Source: a bacterium
GTDB taxonomy: Bacteria; UBP14; UBA6098; JAFGQG01
Reading direction: 5' to 3'
Length of the DNA stretch: 64,000 nucleotides
Assembly (NCBI GenBank): GCA_016935765.1
Contig: JAFGQG010000175.1
Coordinates: forward strand, 355 to 64,354
Position 1 is the first letter of the stretch, and each line of letters begins with the position of its first letter. Below, piece after piece: positions 8,376-19,173 of this stretch. The notes under the pieces were generated by a model. The model was not told the DNA's origin. It did no database searches and saw nothing but the letters and a program-made list of their open reading frames with translations. The translations under genes and the position numbers were made by a program.

Positions 8376-10925
8376 TTATCTTAAAAGCAACACTTTTTTT
8401 ATGATATTCTGGTCCTGGACGGTGAGTTTAACGAAATATATCCCTGAAGGCTGCTCTTCCGGCATCTCCCATATAGTCCGGTACACACCTTTGATGACCT
8501 TTTCATTAAAAACGGTGCCGACCTTTTTACCCAAAAGGTCATACACTTCCAGGCTGGCAGGTCCGTGTCTATCGATGGCGAAGTTCAAATTCAGGGTTGC
8601 GTTGAAGGGGTTGGGGTACGTAACGAGCGCTAATTTGTCAGGGATTTTTATGACCATATCATTTAAACCCGTCAGGTCGTAAAGTTCAAGATCGTCAACG
8701 TACCAACCGGCGGCATTTGAGTAATTATCAGTTCCAATTTCAAAACGGATGATGGCAGCTTCTCCAGAAAAAAAAGTTAAATCGAAATTCACTTGATGCC
8801 AATAGTTACCGTTTTCCATGCCACCAAATGCAGGTTGCCCACCTAGATAAATATTGTGACCGGATATTAGTTTATCGTATCCTTCTACCGGTACTACAAC
8901 CGTCCAGGAAGATCCTGCATCCACAGATATTTTTAAATTTCCTCCTTCAAAGATTTCGAAGCTTGTTTCACCAATGAATTTATACCACTGCATAAAGCGC
9001 ACAGCTGGATATTCAGTAATTCCTAGAAAAACATTCATATCAAGCATCCAATTCACACTATCTCTATAGTATCCATCTATGTTAGTTCCCCAGCATTTTG
9101 ATCCAGAATAAGCGGATGTAGGACCATGTACAAAATCTGGTATCCCCCATTCCCATCCGCTATCGGGAGGTTCTGCTTCCAGATAACCATCATCCAGTTC
9201 AAAGTCACTTTCATATAAATCGGGCATCATTTCAAAGTTATAAACTGCAGTATCCAACTCACTTATCACAACTCCAGAAGTTACAAATGTAACGTAATAC
9301 GGCTTTGATATCTCAACATGATAAGTTCCTGTTTCTAAAGTATCAATTAAATAGTAACCATCAATATCAGTAGTATCTGCTCTACCCAACTCAACGATTT
9401 CTACAATCACACCTTCATCAATATCATTGTAAAGAAGATCTACATTTCCCCTAAGATGACCAAAATCTGGATGAAGTATGAAATCGAGGAAAGTGGTATC
9501 ATATTCAGTTATCGTAACTCCAGTTTTTTCAACAGTTAAAAAGTGGCCTTTTGATGCAAATACTGTATGATCTCCTAGTAACATGGAGTCTATCATGTAA
9601 TTACCATACTCATCAGTAAGGGTATTGATTGCCAAGTCGGGGATTTCAATCAACACATTACCATGGGTTTCTTCTCCTAATAGTTCAACATTGCCACTAA
9701 GACTTCCATACCTATGTGCAAGTTTGAAATCATCTATATACCACCCGTGGAAATTATTAAACCGATCAGCACCAAAGTGGAACTTCAGCTTGATTACTTC
9801 TCTTTCATAAGGTTCAAGAGAAATATGTACCAATTCCCAGCCATCGCTGTGCCCGGAGAATGCAGGTTCTCCAGCGATTGTAGAACCTGAATCCATCTCA
9901 AAAACAGGATACCTTTCATCAGGAATTAAGATTTCCCAGGTAGCGCCAGAATCAATAGAAATACAAATATTTCCTCCATCCTTGTTTGCCTCTGTTTCGA
10001 ACCAGTGCCAGAATTCAACATAGGGATATACTGTAGTAGTCAAATTGATTAAAGGGGAAAAAAGGGTGTAATCTGCTGGATTAGAATATAAGCCATCAAC
10101 ATTGGTTCCGAAGCAATATGGAATTGAATGGGCTTCCCCGGGACCATCTCCTTCTGGTGTGCCCCATTCCCATTCTCCCAACAATTCATCCTCAAGTAGA
10201 AATGGGAAATGACCTTCATTGAAATCGTTAAAATAAAATGGGATTAAAATAATGCTTTTAAAAAAAAGGATTGTCAGGTTGTCATGAATATTACTTGTAT
10301 CACGTCTATGCTCTCCATATTGGAGTCCGATTGTTCCAGTTTCATTTTCAACGCCAATATATGCAACTCTATAAGAGGATATTACTGGCTCAATATCAAG
10401 ATATTGAAATATTATAGTATTTGTTCTAAAATTTAAAATGATTTCATAAGTACAAGGTGGATAACTAGTTCCTCCTGGGTATTCTCTTATCCGGAAATAT
10501 TCAATCACCAGTTTACTACCTATGAATTGATAATACACTCCTCCCCCAGGACTGTCACTTGGGTCGAGGTCCATATTTAAGATACCCAATACATTATTAG
10601 GAATGTATGAATTGGGGAAAGGACCTACGGTGATTGCAGAAATAGCATCTGAAAAACTTATCCAGCCATTTGAGCAGATATGAACTTCGTTATAATTATT
10701 GCCATAATAAAAAAAGGGCTCAGCGAGTACAATAGTTTCATAATCGTCATCGTAAAGGCTTATATGGGTACCAGTACTACATAATTCAATCCAATTAAAA
10801 GCTATTCCTGAATATTCGTCTGAATCTACCCACAAATAACCAAATTCATCTGGTCCACCGATGCTTGCTAGGCTAATCCCAACACATGCTAAGCTAAACA
10901 TTATTATTAAATGTTTCTTTATCAT
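8376..10925 (-). CDS. Secreted multidomain T9SS-type cargo, paralogue 1 (GGPD-FGY domain, two MAM/InhA-like jelly-rolls, two carboxypeptidase-regulatory-like domains, CTD)
   Basis: Signal peptide; GGPDEFGY.W.DS; WEWG.P..GP...GWYIDD twice; YPNPFN..SGIYFVKL..KKVLLLR. Confidence 0.85.
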   Translation of the reverse strand: MIKKHLIIMFSLACVGISLASIGGPDEFGYLWVDSDEYSGIAFNWIELCSTGTHISLYDDDYETIVLAEPFFYYGNNYNEVHICSNGWISFSDAISAITVGPFPNSYIPNNVLGILNMDLDPSDSPGGGVYYQFIGSKLVIEYFRIREYPGGTSYPPCTYEIILNFRTNTIIFQYLDIEPVISSYRVAYIGVENETGTIGLQYGEHRRDTSNIHDNLTILFFKSIILIPFYFNDFNEGHFPFLLEDELLGEWEWGTPEGDGPGEAHSIPYCFGTNVDGLYSNPADYTLFSPLINLTTTVYPYVEFWHWFETEANKDGGNICISIDSGATWEILIPDERYPVFEMDSGSTIAGEPAFSGHSDGWELVHISLEPYEREVIKLKFHFGADRFNNFHGWYIDDFKLAHRYGSLSGNVELLGEETHGNVLIEIPDLAINTLTDEYGNYMIDSMLLGDHTVFASKGHFLTVEKTGVTITEYDTTFLDFILHPDFGHLRGNVDLLYNDIDEGVIVEIVELGRADTTDIDGYYLIDTLETGTYHVEISKPYYVTFVTSGVVISELDTAVYNFEMMPDLYESDFELDDGYLEAEPPDSGWEWGIPDFVHGPTSAYSGSKCWGTNIDGYYRDSVNWMLDMNVFLGITEYPAVRFMQWYKFIGETSFEIFEGGNLKISVDAGSSWTVVVPVEGYDKLISGHNIYLGGQPAFGGMENGNYWHQVNFDLTFFSGEAAIIRFEIGTDNYSNAAGWYVDDLELYDLTGLNDMVIKIPDKLALVTYPNPFNATLNLNFAIDRHGPASLEVYDLLGKKVGTVFNEKVIKGVYRTIWEMPEEQPSGIYFVKLTVQDQNIIKKVLLLR

Positions 10926-11044
10926 TCCTTTATGCCCCCTTAAATTCAGCCATGTTTTTGATATTAGAATCAAATAAAATAGTGTTTTACGTCTGTATAA
11001 TATAAATTTGATACAAACTTATTGAGCATAAAAAACGATTTTTT

Positions 11045-13597
11045 CTATTTCAAAAGCAGTACTTTATTTATTATAGACCGATTTTGTACAGTGAGTTTAA
11101 CGAAGTAAATTCCTGATGGCTGCCCTTCCGGCATCTCCCACGAAGTCCGGTACACCCCCTTGATGACCTTTGCATTAAAAACGGTACCGACTTTTTTACC
11201 CAAAAGATCATACACTTCCAGGCTGGCAGATCCGTGCCTATCGATGGCGAAGTTCAAATTCAGGGTTGCGTTGAAGGGGTTGGGGTAAGTCACGAGCGCT
11301 AATTTGTCAGGGGTCTTGATAGTGGCTTCTGGAACATCCACCCATTCGTAGACCTGAATATCGTCGAGGTACCAGCCGGCAGCGCCTGAATGGTAATCGG
11401 TTCCGATCGAGAACCTGATGAGGGCGCTTTCACCAGCGTAAGGTCTCAGGTCATAGTTCACCATGTGCCAGAAATTTCCGTTATCCATGCCGCCGAAAGC
11501 TGGTTCGCCAGCCATGTATATATTGTGGTATGAAACCGGGTTTATATATCCTTCAAGGGGGACAAGCAGTTCGAAATTATCTCCACCATCGATGGATATC
11601 TTCACGTTACCACCTTCGAAAAGCTCTGAGCTGGTTTCCCCGTTGAACCTGTACCAATGCATCATTCTCATTGCGGGGTATTCTGCAATGCCGAGGAAAA
11701 CTGAGAGGTCGAGTTTCCAGTTGACGTTATCGCCATATTCCCCGTCGAGGTTCGTACCCCAGCAGTTTGAGCCGGAGTTAGCCCAGCGTGGTCCCTGCAG
11801 GTAATCTGGATCCGGGGTGCCCCATTCCCACGCGCTGTCAGGTGGGTCGGGAATTAAAGCCCCGTCCTCCAGTTCGAAATCGCAGTTGTAAAGTTCGGGG
11901 AAAAGATCGTAGTCGCGAATGACAGTATCAAGCTCGGTTACAACTACTCCTGAATCCAACGAAGATACGTAGTGCGGTTTGGTTACTGAAATGGAATATG
12001 TCCCAATTTCAACAGTATCGATGAAATAGTTGCCTTCTGCATCGGTTGTATCAAATTTCCCAAGTTCGAGAATTTCCACTACTGCTCCTTCGTCCACATC
12101 TTCGTACAGTAAGTCCACATAGCCTTTTATGAAGCCGAAATTCGGGTGAAGCTCAAAGTCCACGACAGTAGTATCGAATTCAGTGATCGCTACATCCGGT
12201 TCTTCGATCGTGACATAATGGTTTTTCGAGACTCTTATAGTGTAACTTCCTATCATGACGGAATCGATGGAATAATATCCTGCTTCGCCGGTAAGGGTCG
12301 CTTTTCCCAATTCTACTATTTCTACTCTGGCGTTCCTATCGTAATCATCGGCAACGATGTCCACGTTACCTTCGAGTGTGCCGAATTTTTCCAACAAGCT
12401 GAAATCGTCGATATACCACCCTGGCATGGTGTTTTCCGCGTCAGAAGCGAAGTCGAATTTAAGCCTTACCTCTTCCAGAAGGAACGGTTCGAGGTTGAGT
12501 TTAACACGTTCCCACCCGCCACTGCTTCCGGAGAACGCTGGCTCGCCGGTGATAGCAGTACCGGCACCCATTTCGTCGACGGGGTACCCATCATCCGGAG
12601 TAATTAACTCCCAGGTTATACCATCGTCGGTAGTGATCTTGATGTTGCCGCCGTCATGGGATTCCTCTGTTTCGTACCAATGCCAGAAGAGAACGTAAGG
12701 ATGTTGAGCGGAATAAAGGTCCATTCTTGGAGCTAATAAAGAATAATTCGCGTAATCAGTGTGGTTCCCTGCTAAGAATGTGCCGAAACAATATGGTGTA
12801 GAGTGTGCGCCACCGGGACCGGCGCCGATAGGAGTTCCCCATTCCCATTCGCCAATAAGCTCTATATCTTCCATGAAATCGTTGCCCGATAATGTGAAGT
12901 CATTGTAATAGAACGGGGCGATAACGATGTTGCTTCTGAAGAGAATTGCCAAACTGTCATGTATGTCGGAATCGACTGAAGTGTGGGTTCCGTATTGCAG
13001 CCCAATAGTGCCTGTTTCGTTCTCGATCCCTACGTATCCGGTTCGGTAGCTTGTCAATTGCACAACCAGGTACTGGTATTTTATTGAATTAGCGACGAAA
13101 TCGAGTATTATCTCATAAGTATATGGTGGGTATGAAGTTCCCCCCGGATACTCTCTAATCTGGTAGTACTCGATGACCATAAGGTTGTCGATGAACTGGT
13201 AGTAAACACTTCCACCCGGGCTATCTGCGGGATCAAAATCCATGTTTACAATACCCATGACTGCGTTTGGGTAGCTGGAGTTGGGGAAAGGTCCCACAGT
13301 GATATAGGTAGTTCCATCCAGAAGGCTGATCCAGCCGTTCGAGTTTATGTGCACCTGGCTGTAATCGATACCATAATACTCAAAGGTTCTATCTGTAAAA
13401 CGTACAGTGGAGTAAGCATCATCAGATAGTGTAACTCTCGTCCCGGTGGTGGATATTTCTATCCAGTCGAACGCGGGACCTGAGGGCTCCTCAGAGTCAA
13501 TCCATCTATATCCAAACGCGTCGGGTCCTCCCGTGCTTGCCAGAGCCCCAAGCGTAAAAACTGACAGGAACAACAAAATTATATACAGATTTTTCAT
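11045..13597 (-). CDS. Secreted multidomain T9SS-type cargo, paralogue 2
   Basis: Collinear with 8376-10925; YPNPFN-type CTD; GGAG RBS. Confidence 0.9.
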   Translation of the reverse strand: MKNLYIILLFLSVFTLGALASTGGPDAFGYRWIDSEEPSGPAFDWIEISTTGTRVTLSDDAYSTVRFTDRTFEYYGIDYSQVHINSNGWISLLDGTTYITVGPFPNSSYPNAVMGIVNMDFDPADSPGGSVYYQFIDNLMVIEYYQIREYPGGTSYPPYTYEIILDFVANSIKYQYLVVQLTSYRTGYVGIENETGTIGLQYGTHTSVDSDIHDSLAILFRSNIVIAPFYYNDFTLSGNDFMEDIELIGEWEWGTPIGAGPGGAHSTPYCFGTFLAGNHTDYANYSLLAPRMDLYSAQHPYVLFWHWYETEESHDGGNIKITTDDGITWELITPDDGYPVDEMGAGTAITGEPAFSGSSGGWERVKLNLEPFLLEEVRLKFDFASDAENTMPGWYIDDFSLLEKFGTLEGNVDIVADDYDRNARVEIVELGKATLTGEAGYYSIDSVMIGSYTIRVSKNHYVTIEEPDVAITEFDTTVVDFELHPNFGFIKGYVDLLYEDVDEGAVVEILELGKFDTTDAEGNYFIDTVEIGTYSISVTKPHYVSSLDSGVVVTELDTVIRDYDLFPELYNCDFELEDGALIPDPPDSAWEWGTPDPDYLQGPRWANSGSNCWGTNLDGEYGDNVNWKLDLSVFLGIAEYPAMRMMHWYRFNGETSSELFEGGNVKISIDGGDNFELLVPLEGYINPVSYHNIYMAGEPAFGGMDNGNFWHMVNYDLRPYAGESALIRFSIGTDYHSGAAGWYLDDIQVYEWVDVPEATIKTPDKLALVTYPNPFNATLNLNFAIDRHGSASLEVYDLLGKKVGTVFNAKVIKGVYRTSWEMPEGQPSGIYFVKLTVQNRSIINKVLLLK

Positions 13598-13741
13598 TTT
13601 ATGTCCTCTCCTTGTTATAAAGACAAATCAATCATGGGAAATAAGAAAATTAATTATGAAGGGAGTCATTGAATGTGCTGCTCCATCTTGTATTGTTTTT
13701 TCATAATTACCCGAATACAAAGTTTCTATATTTTTCAGTTT

Positions 13742-16063
13742 TTATTTGATTAACAATATTTTCTTTGCTGTGCTGCTTTTCCCGTTAAAGTAGAGTTTTA
13801 CGATATATACTCCGGAGGGCATGGGGTTTGATTGATCGTCCATACCGTTCCATTGGGTTTGGTGTCTTCCCGTCCCCTGGGGAGCGTCATATAAAGTCTT
13901 TATGTTTCTCCCTAGTAAGTCGAACATACATAGCTTAACGGTTCCTTTTCGGAATGTGGAATAGCGGATATTGACGTTCTGGTTGAATGGGTTGGGGTAA
14001 CAGGTCATGTCGTAATCCTCAGGAAGCTCGCTTTCATCTTCAGGTATGGCAAGTCCTTCCACTATTCTCAGGTCGTCGATATACCACCCCGAGGCAGTAC
14101 CATAGTAATCGGTGCCGATTTCGAATCTGATTATGACTGATTGGCTTGCGTATTCAGTCAGGTCGAAAGAGGTCATGTGCCAGAAGTTGCCCTCGTCTTT
14201 TCCTCCGAATCCGGGTTGATTCCCAAGAAATGGATTATGGTTGGATATGACTCCCGGGTAGCCTTCAGTTGGGTAAGCCAGGACGAATGAAGGATCTTCG
14301 ATATTGTTGCTTATCTTCACGTTTGCGCCATCGAAGAACAAATCGCCCATGTCGTACCATTGCCAGAACTCCAGTCTTGGGTGTTCGCCTCTGTTCAGGG
14401 TGATGTAGAGGTCAAGCAGCCAGTTGCATGTATCCTTGTAGGATGAGTCCAATTTTGTCCCCCAGCATTTTAGTCCGGAATGAGCGTACATAGGCCCCAT
14501 CGTATCGGCGGTGTCAGGGATTCCGCATTCCCAACCGCCGAAGATCGGTGTATGAATCACGGGACCACAATTCTCCTCGAAGTCGTTAGTATAAATCTGT
14601 GGAGCCAACACGAAATTTTGAGTGGTTGTATCCTGCCGCGAAATGCTTATATATGCTTCGCCAGGGGCGTATTCGAATGAGGTTGCCCTCAGGTTCCAGT
14701 TTCCAACTAAAACTGTGTCGATAAAGAAAAAGCCGTCGTAACCCGTGGTATCGGCAATCCCTTGCCCCACCACTTCGATGATCGCTCCACTGTCATGGTC
14801 CATGTAGGTCAACTCAACGTGCCCGGTTACGTAACCGAAAGCTTCTATCAGAGCAAAATCGTCAATGTACCAGCCCGGCGAGCGACCGCTTTCGTTCGAT
14901 GCAAAGTGATATCTCACCCTGATCTCCTCGTCCCTGAATGATGAAAGATCAAATTCCTCTTTTTCCCATCCATCGCTTGCGCCTGAATAAGCAGGCATGC
15001 CTTCGATAGCGGAACCTTCTTCCATGTCCGAAACGGGGTACCCTCCGTTGGGGATAACAATGAACCAGTTTATGCCGTCATTAGTAGTGATCTCAAGGTT
15101 TCCACCGTCCTGACCCTCATCCATGTCATACCAGTGCCAGAAGTTCATGTAGGGATAATTAGTGCCGCTGAGTGCCATTCGAGGGGAGTATAAATAGCTG
15201 TCAGTAGAATTGGGATAGGATCCATCTATCGTAGTTCCAAAGCAATAGGGTCCCGTACGGGGATAACCGGGACCTGGTCCTGACGGCATACCCCATTCCC
15301 AGCAGCCAGTGTCTGCAATATCCTCCATGAAGTCTTCGGCAGTCTCGTCGAAGCCGTTGTAATAAACCGGATTAATCACTATGTTGGATCTGAACATTAT
15401 TGCTAATTCATCGTGAAGCACACTTACATCATGACCGTGAGTTCCATATTGAAGCCCGATAGTACCGGTCGAATTTTCAATACCGATATAAGCTGTGCGG
15501 TATGTTGAATACACAGGTTCAATGTCAAGGTACTGGAAAAATATGGCGTTCCTGCGAAAATCGAGCACTATCTCGTATGTACATGGAGGATAAGTGGTTC
15601 CCCCTGGATATTCGCGTATCTGGTAGTATTCGACAACCAGCTTCCTATCGATGTATTCATAAACGACCCTTCCGCCCGGACTGTCTCCCGGGTCGAGGTC
15701 CATATTCAATATTCCAAGCACGTTATTGGGGAAATAGGAATTTGGAAAAGGACCTACCGTGATCGAGGAAGTCGCGTCAGTGAAACTAACCCAACCGTTC
15801 GAACAGATATGCAATTGACTGTAACCGACGCCGTAGTAGTCGAAGATCTCTGGCATTGTAATGCTTTGATAGGAGTCATCATATAGACTTAAGGCAGTTC
15901 CAGTCGATGAGATCTCTATCCATTCGAATATCGGTCCCGATGGTTCGTCCGAGTCGACCCATCTGTATCCGAATTCATCCGGTCCACCTTCGCTTGAATA
16001 AATATTAATAGAAAAAAATATCAAAAAGAAAATTGTAAAAAAAACTAATTGTTTATATTTCAT
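13742..16063 (-). CDS. Secreted multidomain T9SS-type cargo, paralogue 3 (one stalk domain fewer)
   Basis: Same GGPDEFGY and jelly-roll domains; single carboxypeptidase-regulatory-like repeat; FlgD-type CTD. Confidence 0.88.
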   Translation of the reverse strand: MKYKQLVFFTIFFLIFFSINIYSSEGGPDEFGYRWVDSDEPSGPIFEWIEISSTGTALSLYDDSYQSITMPEIFDYYGVGYSQLHICSNGWVSFTDATSSITVGPFPNSYFPNNVLGILNMDLDPGDSPGGRVVYEYIDRKLVVEYYQIREYPGGTTYPPCTYEIVLDFRRNAIFFQYLDIEPVYSTYRTAYIGIENSTGTIGLQYGTHGHDVSVLHDELAIMFRSNIVINPVYYNGFDETAEDFMEDIADTGCWEWGMPSGPGPGYPRTGPYCFGTTIDGSYPNSTDSYLYSPRMALSGTNYPYMNFWHWYDMDEGQDGGNLEITTNDGINWFIVIPNGGYPVSDMEEGSAIEGMPAYSGASDGWEKEEFDLSSFRDEEIRVRYHFASNESGRSPGWYIDDFALIEAFGYVTGHVELTYMDHDSGAIIEVVGQGIADTTGYDGFFFIDTVLVGNWNLRATSFEYAPGEAYISISRQDTTTQNFVLAPQIYTNDFEENCGPVIHTPIFGGWECGIPDTADTMGPMYAHSGLKCWGTKLDSSYKDTCNWLLDLYITLNRGEHPRLEFWQWYDMGDLFFDGANVKISNNIEDPSFVLAYPTEGYPGVISNHNPFLGNQPGFGGKDEGNFWHMTSFDLTEYASQSVIIRFEIGTDYYGTASGWYIDDLRIVEGLAIPEDESELPEDYDMTCYPNPFNQNVNIRYSTFRKGTVKLCMFDLLGRNIKTLYDAPQGTGRHQTQWNGMDDQSNPMPSGVYIVKLYFNGKSSTAKKILLIK

Positions 16064-16290
16064 AATACACTCCATTTATGATATTTTGAAAATTAATTAA
16101 ATATTAAAATAAATCTAATAAATAAGCAAGTAAAATTCTATGAAAATTTAATTTTGAGATAGGAAAAATTAGAAAAAGTGTTGTAAAAATACTGTTAATG
16201 TATGATTCAAACCCAAGAAATGATTGCAAGAAAGTTCGGAATTTGGGGGCAGTGAATTGTGGGGGGAAATGCCCAATATGGATGATATTT

Positions 16291-17685
16291 CTACTTCAGT
16301 AGAACCAGTCTCAGCATTTTATTAATATTCCCTGTTTTGAATTCAGCAAAATAAATTCCGGCAGGGCACCCGGTGCCATGATCATCATGCCCGTTCCAGG
16401 ATACTTCGTAATTGCCGGCTTTCTGCCAGCCGTGGTTAAGCACCGCAACTTTCTCTCCGAGTATATTAGAGATTGCTACATCGACCGCGCTGTTTTCCTT
16501 CAATGTGTAGCTGACGGTAACTTTTTTATTAAAAGGATTGGGGTAGGCTTTGATTTCGGAGTAAACGGGCAGGATTTCTTCTTCTACTTTCAGAGGGCAA
16601 GTGCTTAAGCTGTCCATGACGGTTCCATCAAGCCTGATCGCTTTGAAGTTCAGACAGGTGCCATCTACAGTAATATAGCAGAAATGGTAGGTTCTTTCGG
16701 AATAGACGGTCCAATCTGAATATCCGACGCTATAAAGTCCAGCGCCGCCGCCACCGGTTACAATGTAGTGAACGCCATCAGCCAACCCGTGTTCATAGGC
16801 ATGGTCGTGCCCGTTGAAAACCATAAAAACTCCATGTTCCTCAATAATAGGACATATAGTATATCTTAGTGTAAGTTCGGAACCGTGATTCCCTGAGCTG
16901 TAAGGAGGGTGGTGAAACATAACGAATATGAAATCTGCCCAGCTTGATCCTTCAATCAACTCATTTTCCAAGAACGTTGGCTGTTCTGAAAATGGAACCA
17001 GGTATGGAATACTGGAATCAAGGACGATGAACTTGCAATTTCCATATCGGAACGAATACCACTTTTCGTTGTTTGGAAGTTCAAAATACTCGTGGAAAAA
17101 AGTAGCCGGTATCTCATGGTTGCCAATCGCGGGATAATAGGGGATATTAGCCATTAGCTCTTTATTGATATTAAAAAAGGTTTGAAAATCCGAAGCAAGG
17201 AAACCATCCGCAACCAGGTCGCCACTGTTCAAGACGAAGCGTGGTTCGTACGAAATCATAGCATCAACAATCGATTGATGGGTCGCTGAGTCGGAGCGCG
17301 TGTCTCCGAATGCAATAAAACTGAATGGAGTAGAAGTATTAACAGCAGTGTAAAAATGATAAACATCACTGGAGGCATCGCCCGAGGTTACCTGATAATA
17401 ATAAAGAACATTTTCAGATAAACTGGTCAACTGGATTGTGTGGTGTGTTACAGATTCATCGATATTTGAGTGTTCGTCAAATGTCTCAGCACTTCCATAA
17501 TGCCTTTCGTCAGCATAATCCACATGGGTAGGTGAATTATCGGTGGTTTCCCAGGTGATACGAATGCTGCTTGTAGTAACGTTTGAAAGGTATGGGCCTT
17601 TAATTATTGTATTAGCGTGAATATTAACGATTAGTATCAAAACAAATGCGAGTGTTATGGACTTTTTTATCCCCCTGATCGTCAT
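16291..17685 (-). CDS. Purple acid phosphatase-family metallophosphoesterase with FN3-like N-domain and CTD
   Basis: GDTR, SGDLV, GNHE, HHPPY and GHDHAYE motifs; YPNPFN tail; AGGAG RBS before ATG 17685. Confidence 0.9.
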   Translation of the reverse strand: MTIRGIKKSITLAFVLILIVNIHANTIIKGPYLSNVTTSSIRITWETTDNSPTHVDYADERHYGSAETFDEHSNIDESVTHHTIQLTSLSENVLYYYQVTSGDASSDVYHFYTAVNTSTPFSFIAFGDTRSDSATHQSIVDAMISYEPRFVLNSGDLVADGFLASDFQTFFNINKELMANIPYYPAIGNHEIPATFFHEYFELPNNEKWYSFRYGNCKFIVLDSSIPYLVPFSEQPTFLENELIEGSSWADFIFVMFHHPPYSSGNHGSELTLRYTICPIIEEHGVFMVFNGHDHAYEHGLADGVHYIVTGGGGAGLYSVGYSDWTVYSERTYHFCYITVDGTCLNFKAIRLDGTVMDSLSTCPLKVEEEILPVYSEIKAYPNPFNKKVTVSYTLKENSAVDVAISNILGEKVAVLNHGWQKAGNYEVSWNGHDDHGTGCPAGIYFAEFKTGNINKMLRLVLLK

Positions 17686-17830
17686 CTTTTTGTTTCTCCT
17701 CGTTTTTGAACAATAGTACAATAAAATTATAATAAAACAATTTCGTAAAAACAAGGAAAAATTTGATTAAAATTTTGTTAAGGGATAAAAACAAGGCAAA
17801 TTCAGCTTACATGTTTCTAGGGATTTGTTA

Positions 17831-17861
17831 TAGGTTGAAGCAGGGAGTTCAACCTACCCGG
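17831..17861. repeat. REP-like hairpin (copy 1)
   Basis: taggttgaagcagggagttcaacctacccgg; related copy at 23727-23758. Confidence 0.55.
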
Positions 17862-17919
17862 ATATTATGGTTCAGAAATATCCTGGAATAAAGCTCTCAG
17901 GGCAGCTGCCAGATAGGGT

Positions 17920-19038
17920 TTATATTTTCCCCGCGACTGCATGAGCGACTTCGAGAGTAGTGGAGGTTCCTCCCATATCGTACGTTCTGACTTTTTCCTC
18001 TTCGATAACTTTTGCTATTGCGTTTTCGAGTTGCCCAGCGTAGTGGTCTTCATCTAGATATTCGAGCATGAGCCTGATAGAGAGGAGCATAGCGATGGGA
18101 TTGACCTTGTACATTCCGGCGTATTTGGGTGCGGAACCGTGGGTGGGTTCGAAGAGCGCGTAGTTGTCGCCGATGTTACCGCTGCACGCGAATCCGAGTC
18201 CGCCGACGAGCTGCGCCGCAAGGTCTGAGATGATGTCACCGAACATGTTGGATGTGACGAGGACGCTGTAATCGAGAGGATTTTTAAGCAGCCACATTGC
18301 CATGGCGTCAACGTTGGTTTCCCAGAGTTCGATGCCCGGGTATTCCTCCGCGATCTTCCTTGCTTCACGCACCATGAGGCCGGAGGTCTCCCGGATTACG
18401 TTCGGTTTCTCCACTACGGTGACTGTTTTCCGCCCATCCTTTTTCGCGTACTCGAACGCGCTTCTGATTATCTTCTGACAGCCCTCCCGCGTGAATATTC
18501 GGCAGGATATCGCGATATCTGCAGGATTTGTATTCTTAAATAATGCCATGTTCCTACTATTATTCATAAGTGCGTCATACACTTCCTGTGGTACCGGGTG
18601 GAATTCGACACCGGAATAGAGACCTTCAGTATTCTCCCTGAAAACCGCTAGATCGATGCCTTCCCTATAGATAAGCGGATTCCCCTTGTACGCCTTACAG
18701 GGGCGGAAATTAGTGTAAAGGTTAAATAACTGGCGAAGTCTCACGATGGGGCTGCGGTAAATTAAACCCTTACCCTGAAGCTCGGGGATAAGCTCCTTTT
18801 CAGCCTCCTCCTTAGGCTTGGAGGTGATGGCTCCAAAGAGGCAACAGTCGGTGCTTTTTAAAAGTTCAATGGTTCTGTCGGGGAGAGGGTCTCCCTCGGT
18901 TTTCCAGAATTCCCAGCCGATGTCGCCATAGGTAAATTCGGCATCGAGGTTCAGCTTTTCCAGTACTATCATGGCTGCTTCGGTTACGTCGTTTCCAACC
19001 CCGTCGCCGGGGAGAACTGCTATTTTGTGTTTTGACAT
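17920..19038 (-). CDS. Isocitrate/isopropylmalate dehydrogenase family protein
   Basis: IAVLPGDGVG, RENTEGLY, NMFGDIISDL, FEPTHGSAP, NPIAMLLS; true start MSKHK with AGGAG RBS. Confidence 0.92.
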   Translation of the reverse strand: MSKHKIAVLPGDGVGNDVTEAAMIVLEKLNLDAEFTYGDIGWEFWKTEGDPLPDRTIELLKSTDCCLFGAITSKPKEEAEKELIPELQGKGLIYRSPIVRLRQLFNLYTNFRPCKAYKGNPLIYREGIDLAVFRENTEGLYSGVEFHPVPQEVYDALMNNSRNMALFKNTNPADIAISCRIFTREGCQKIIRSAFEYAKKDGRKTVTVVEKPNVIRETSGLMVREARKIAEEYPGIELWETNVDAMAMWLLKNPLDYSVLVTSNMFGDIISDLAAQLVGGLGFACSGNIGDNYALFEPTHGSAPKYAGMYKVNPIAMLLSIRLMLEYLDEDHYAGQLENAIAKVIEEEKVRTYDMGGTSTTLEVAHAVAGKI

Positions 19039-19078
19039 ATTCGCTCCTTTAAATTTCAATTTTTTAAAAAAAAGTTTA

Positions 19079-19173
19079 ACCACAGAGTCACGGAGACACG
19101 GAGACACGGAGAAAGAGTAAGCAGTAGGCAGTAAGCAGTAGGCAGTAGGGAGTAGGCAGTAAGCAGTAAACAG
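19079..19173. repeat. Adjacent 8-mer (ACACGGAG) and 7-mer (GCAGTAR) tandem arrays
   Basis: cacagagtcacggagacacggagacacggag followed by about eight agtaagc/agtaggc units. Confidence 0.85.

Noticed and set aside
8421-11315. Duplicated CTD DNA as a DGR template/variable repeat pair
   Set aside because: Differences are not adenine-specific, both copies are coding, and no reverse transcriptase is in the window.
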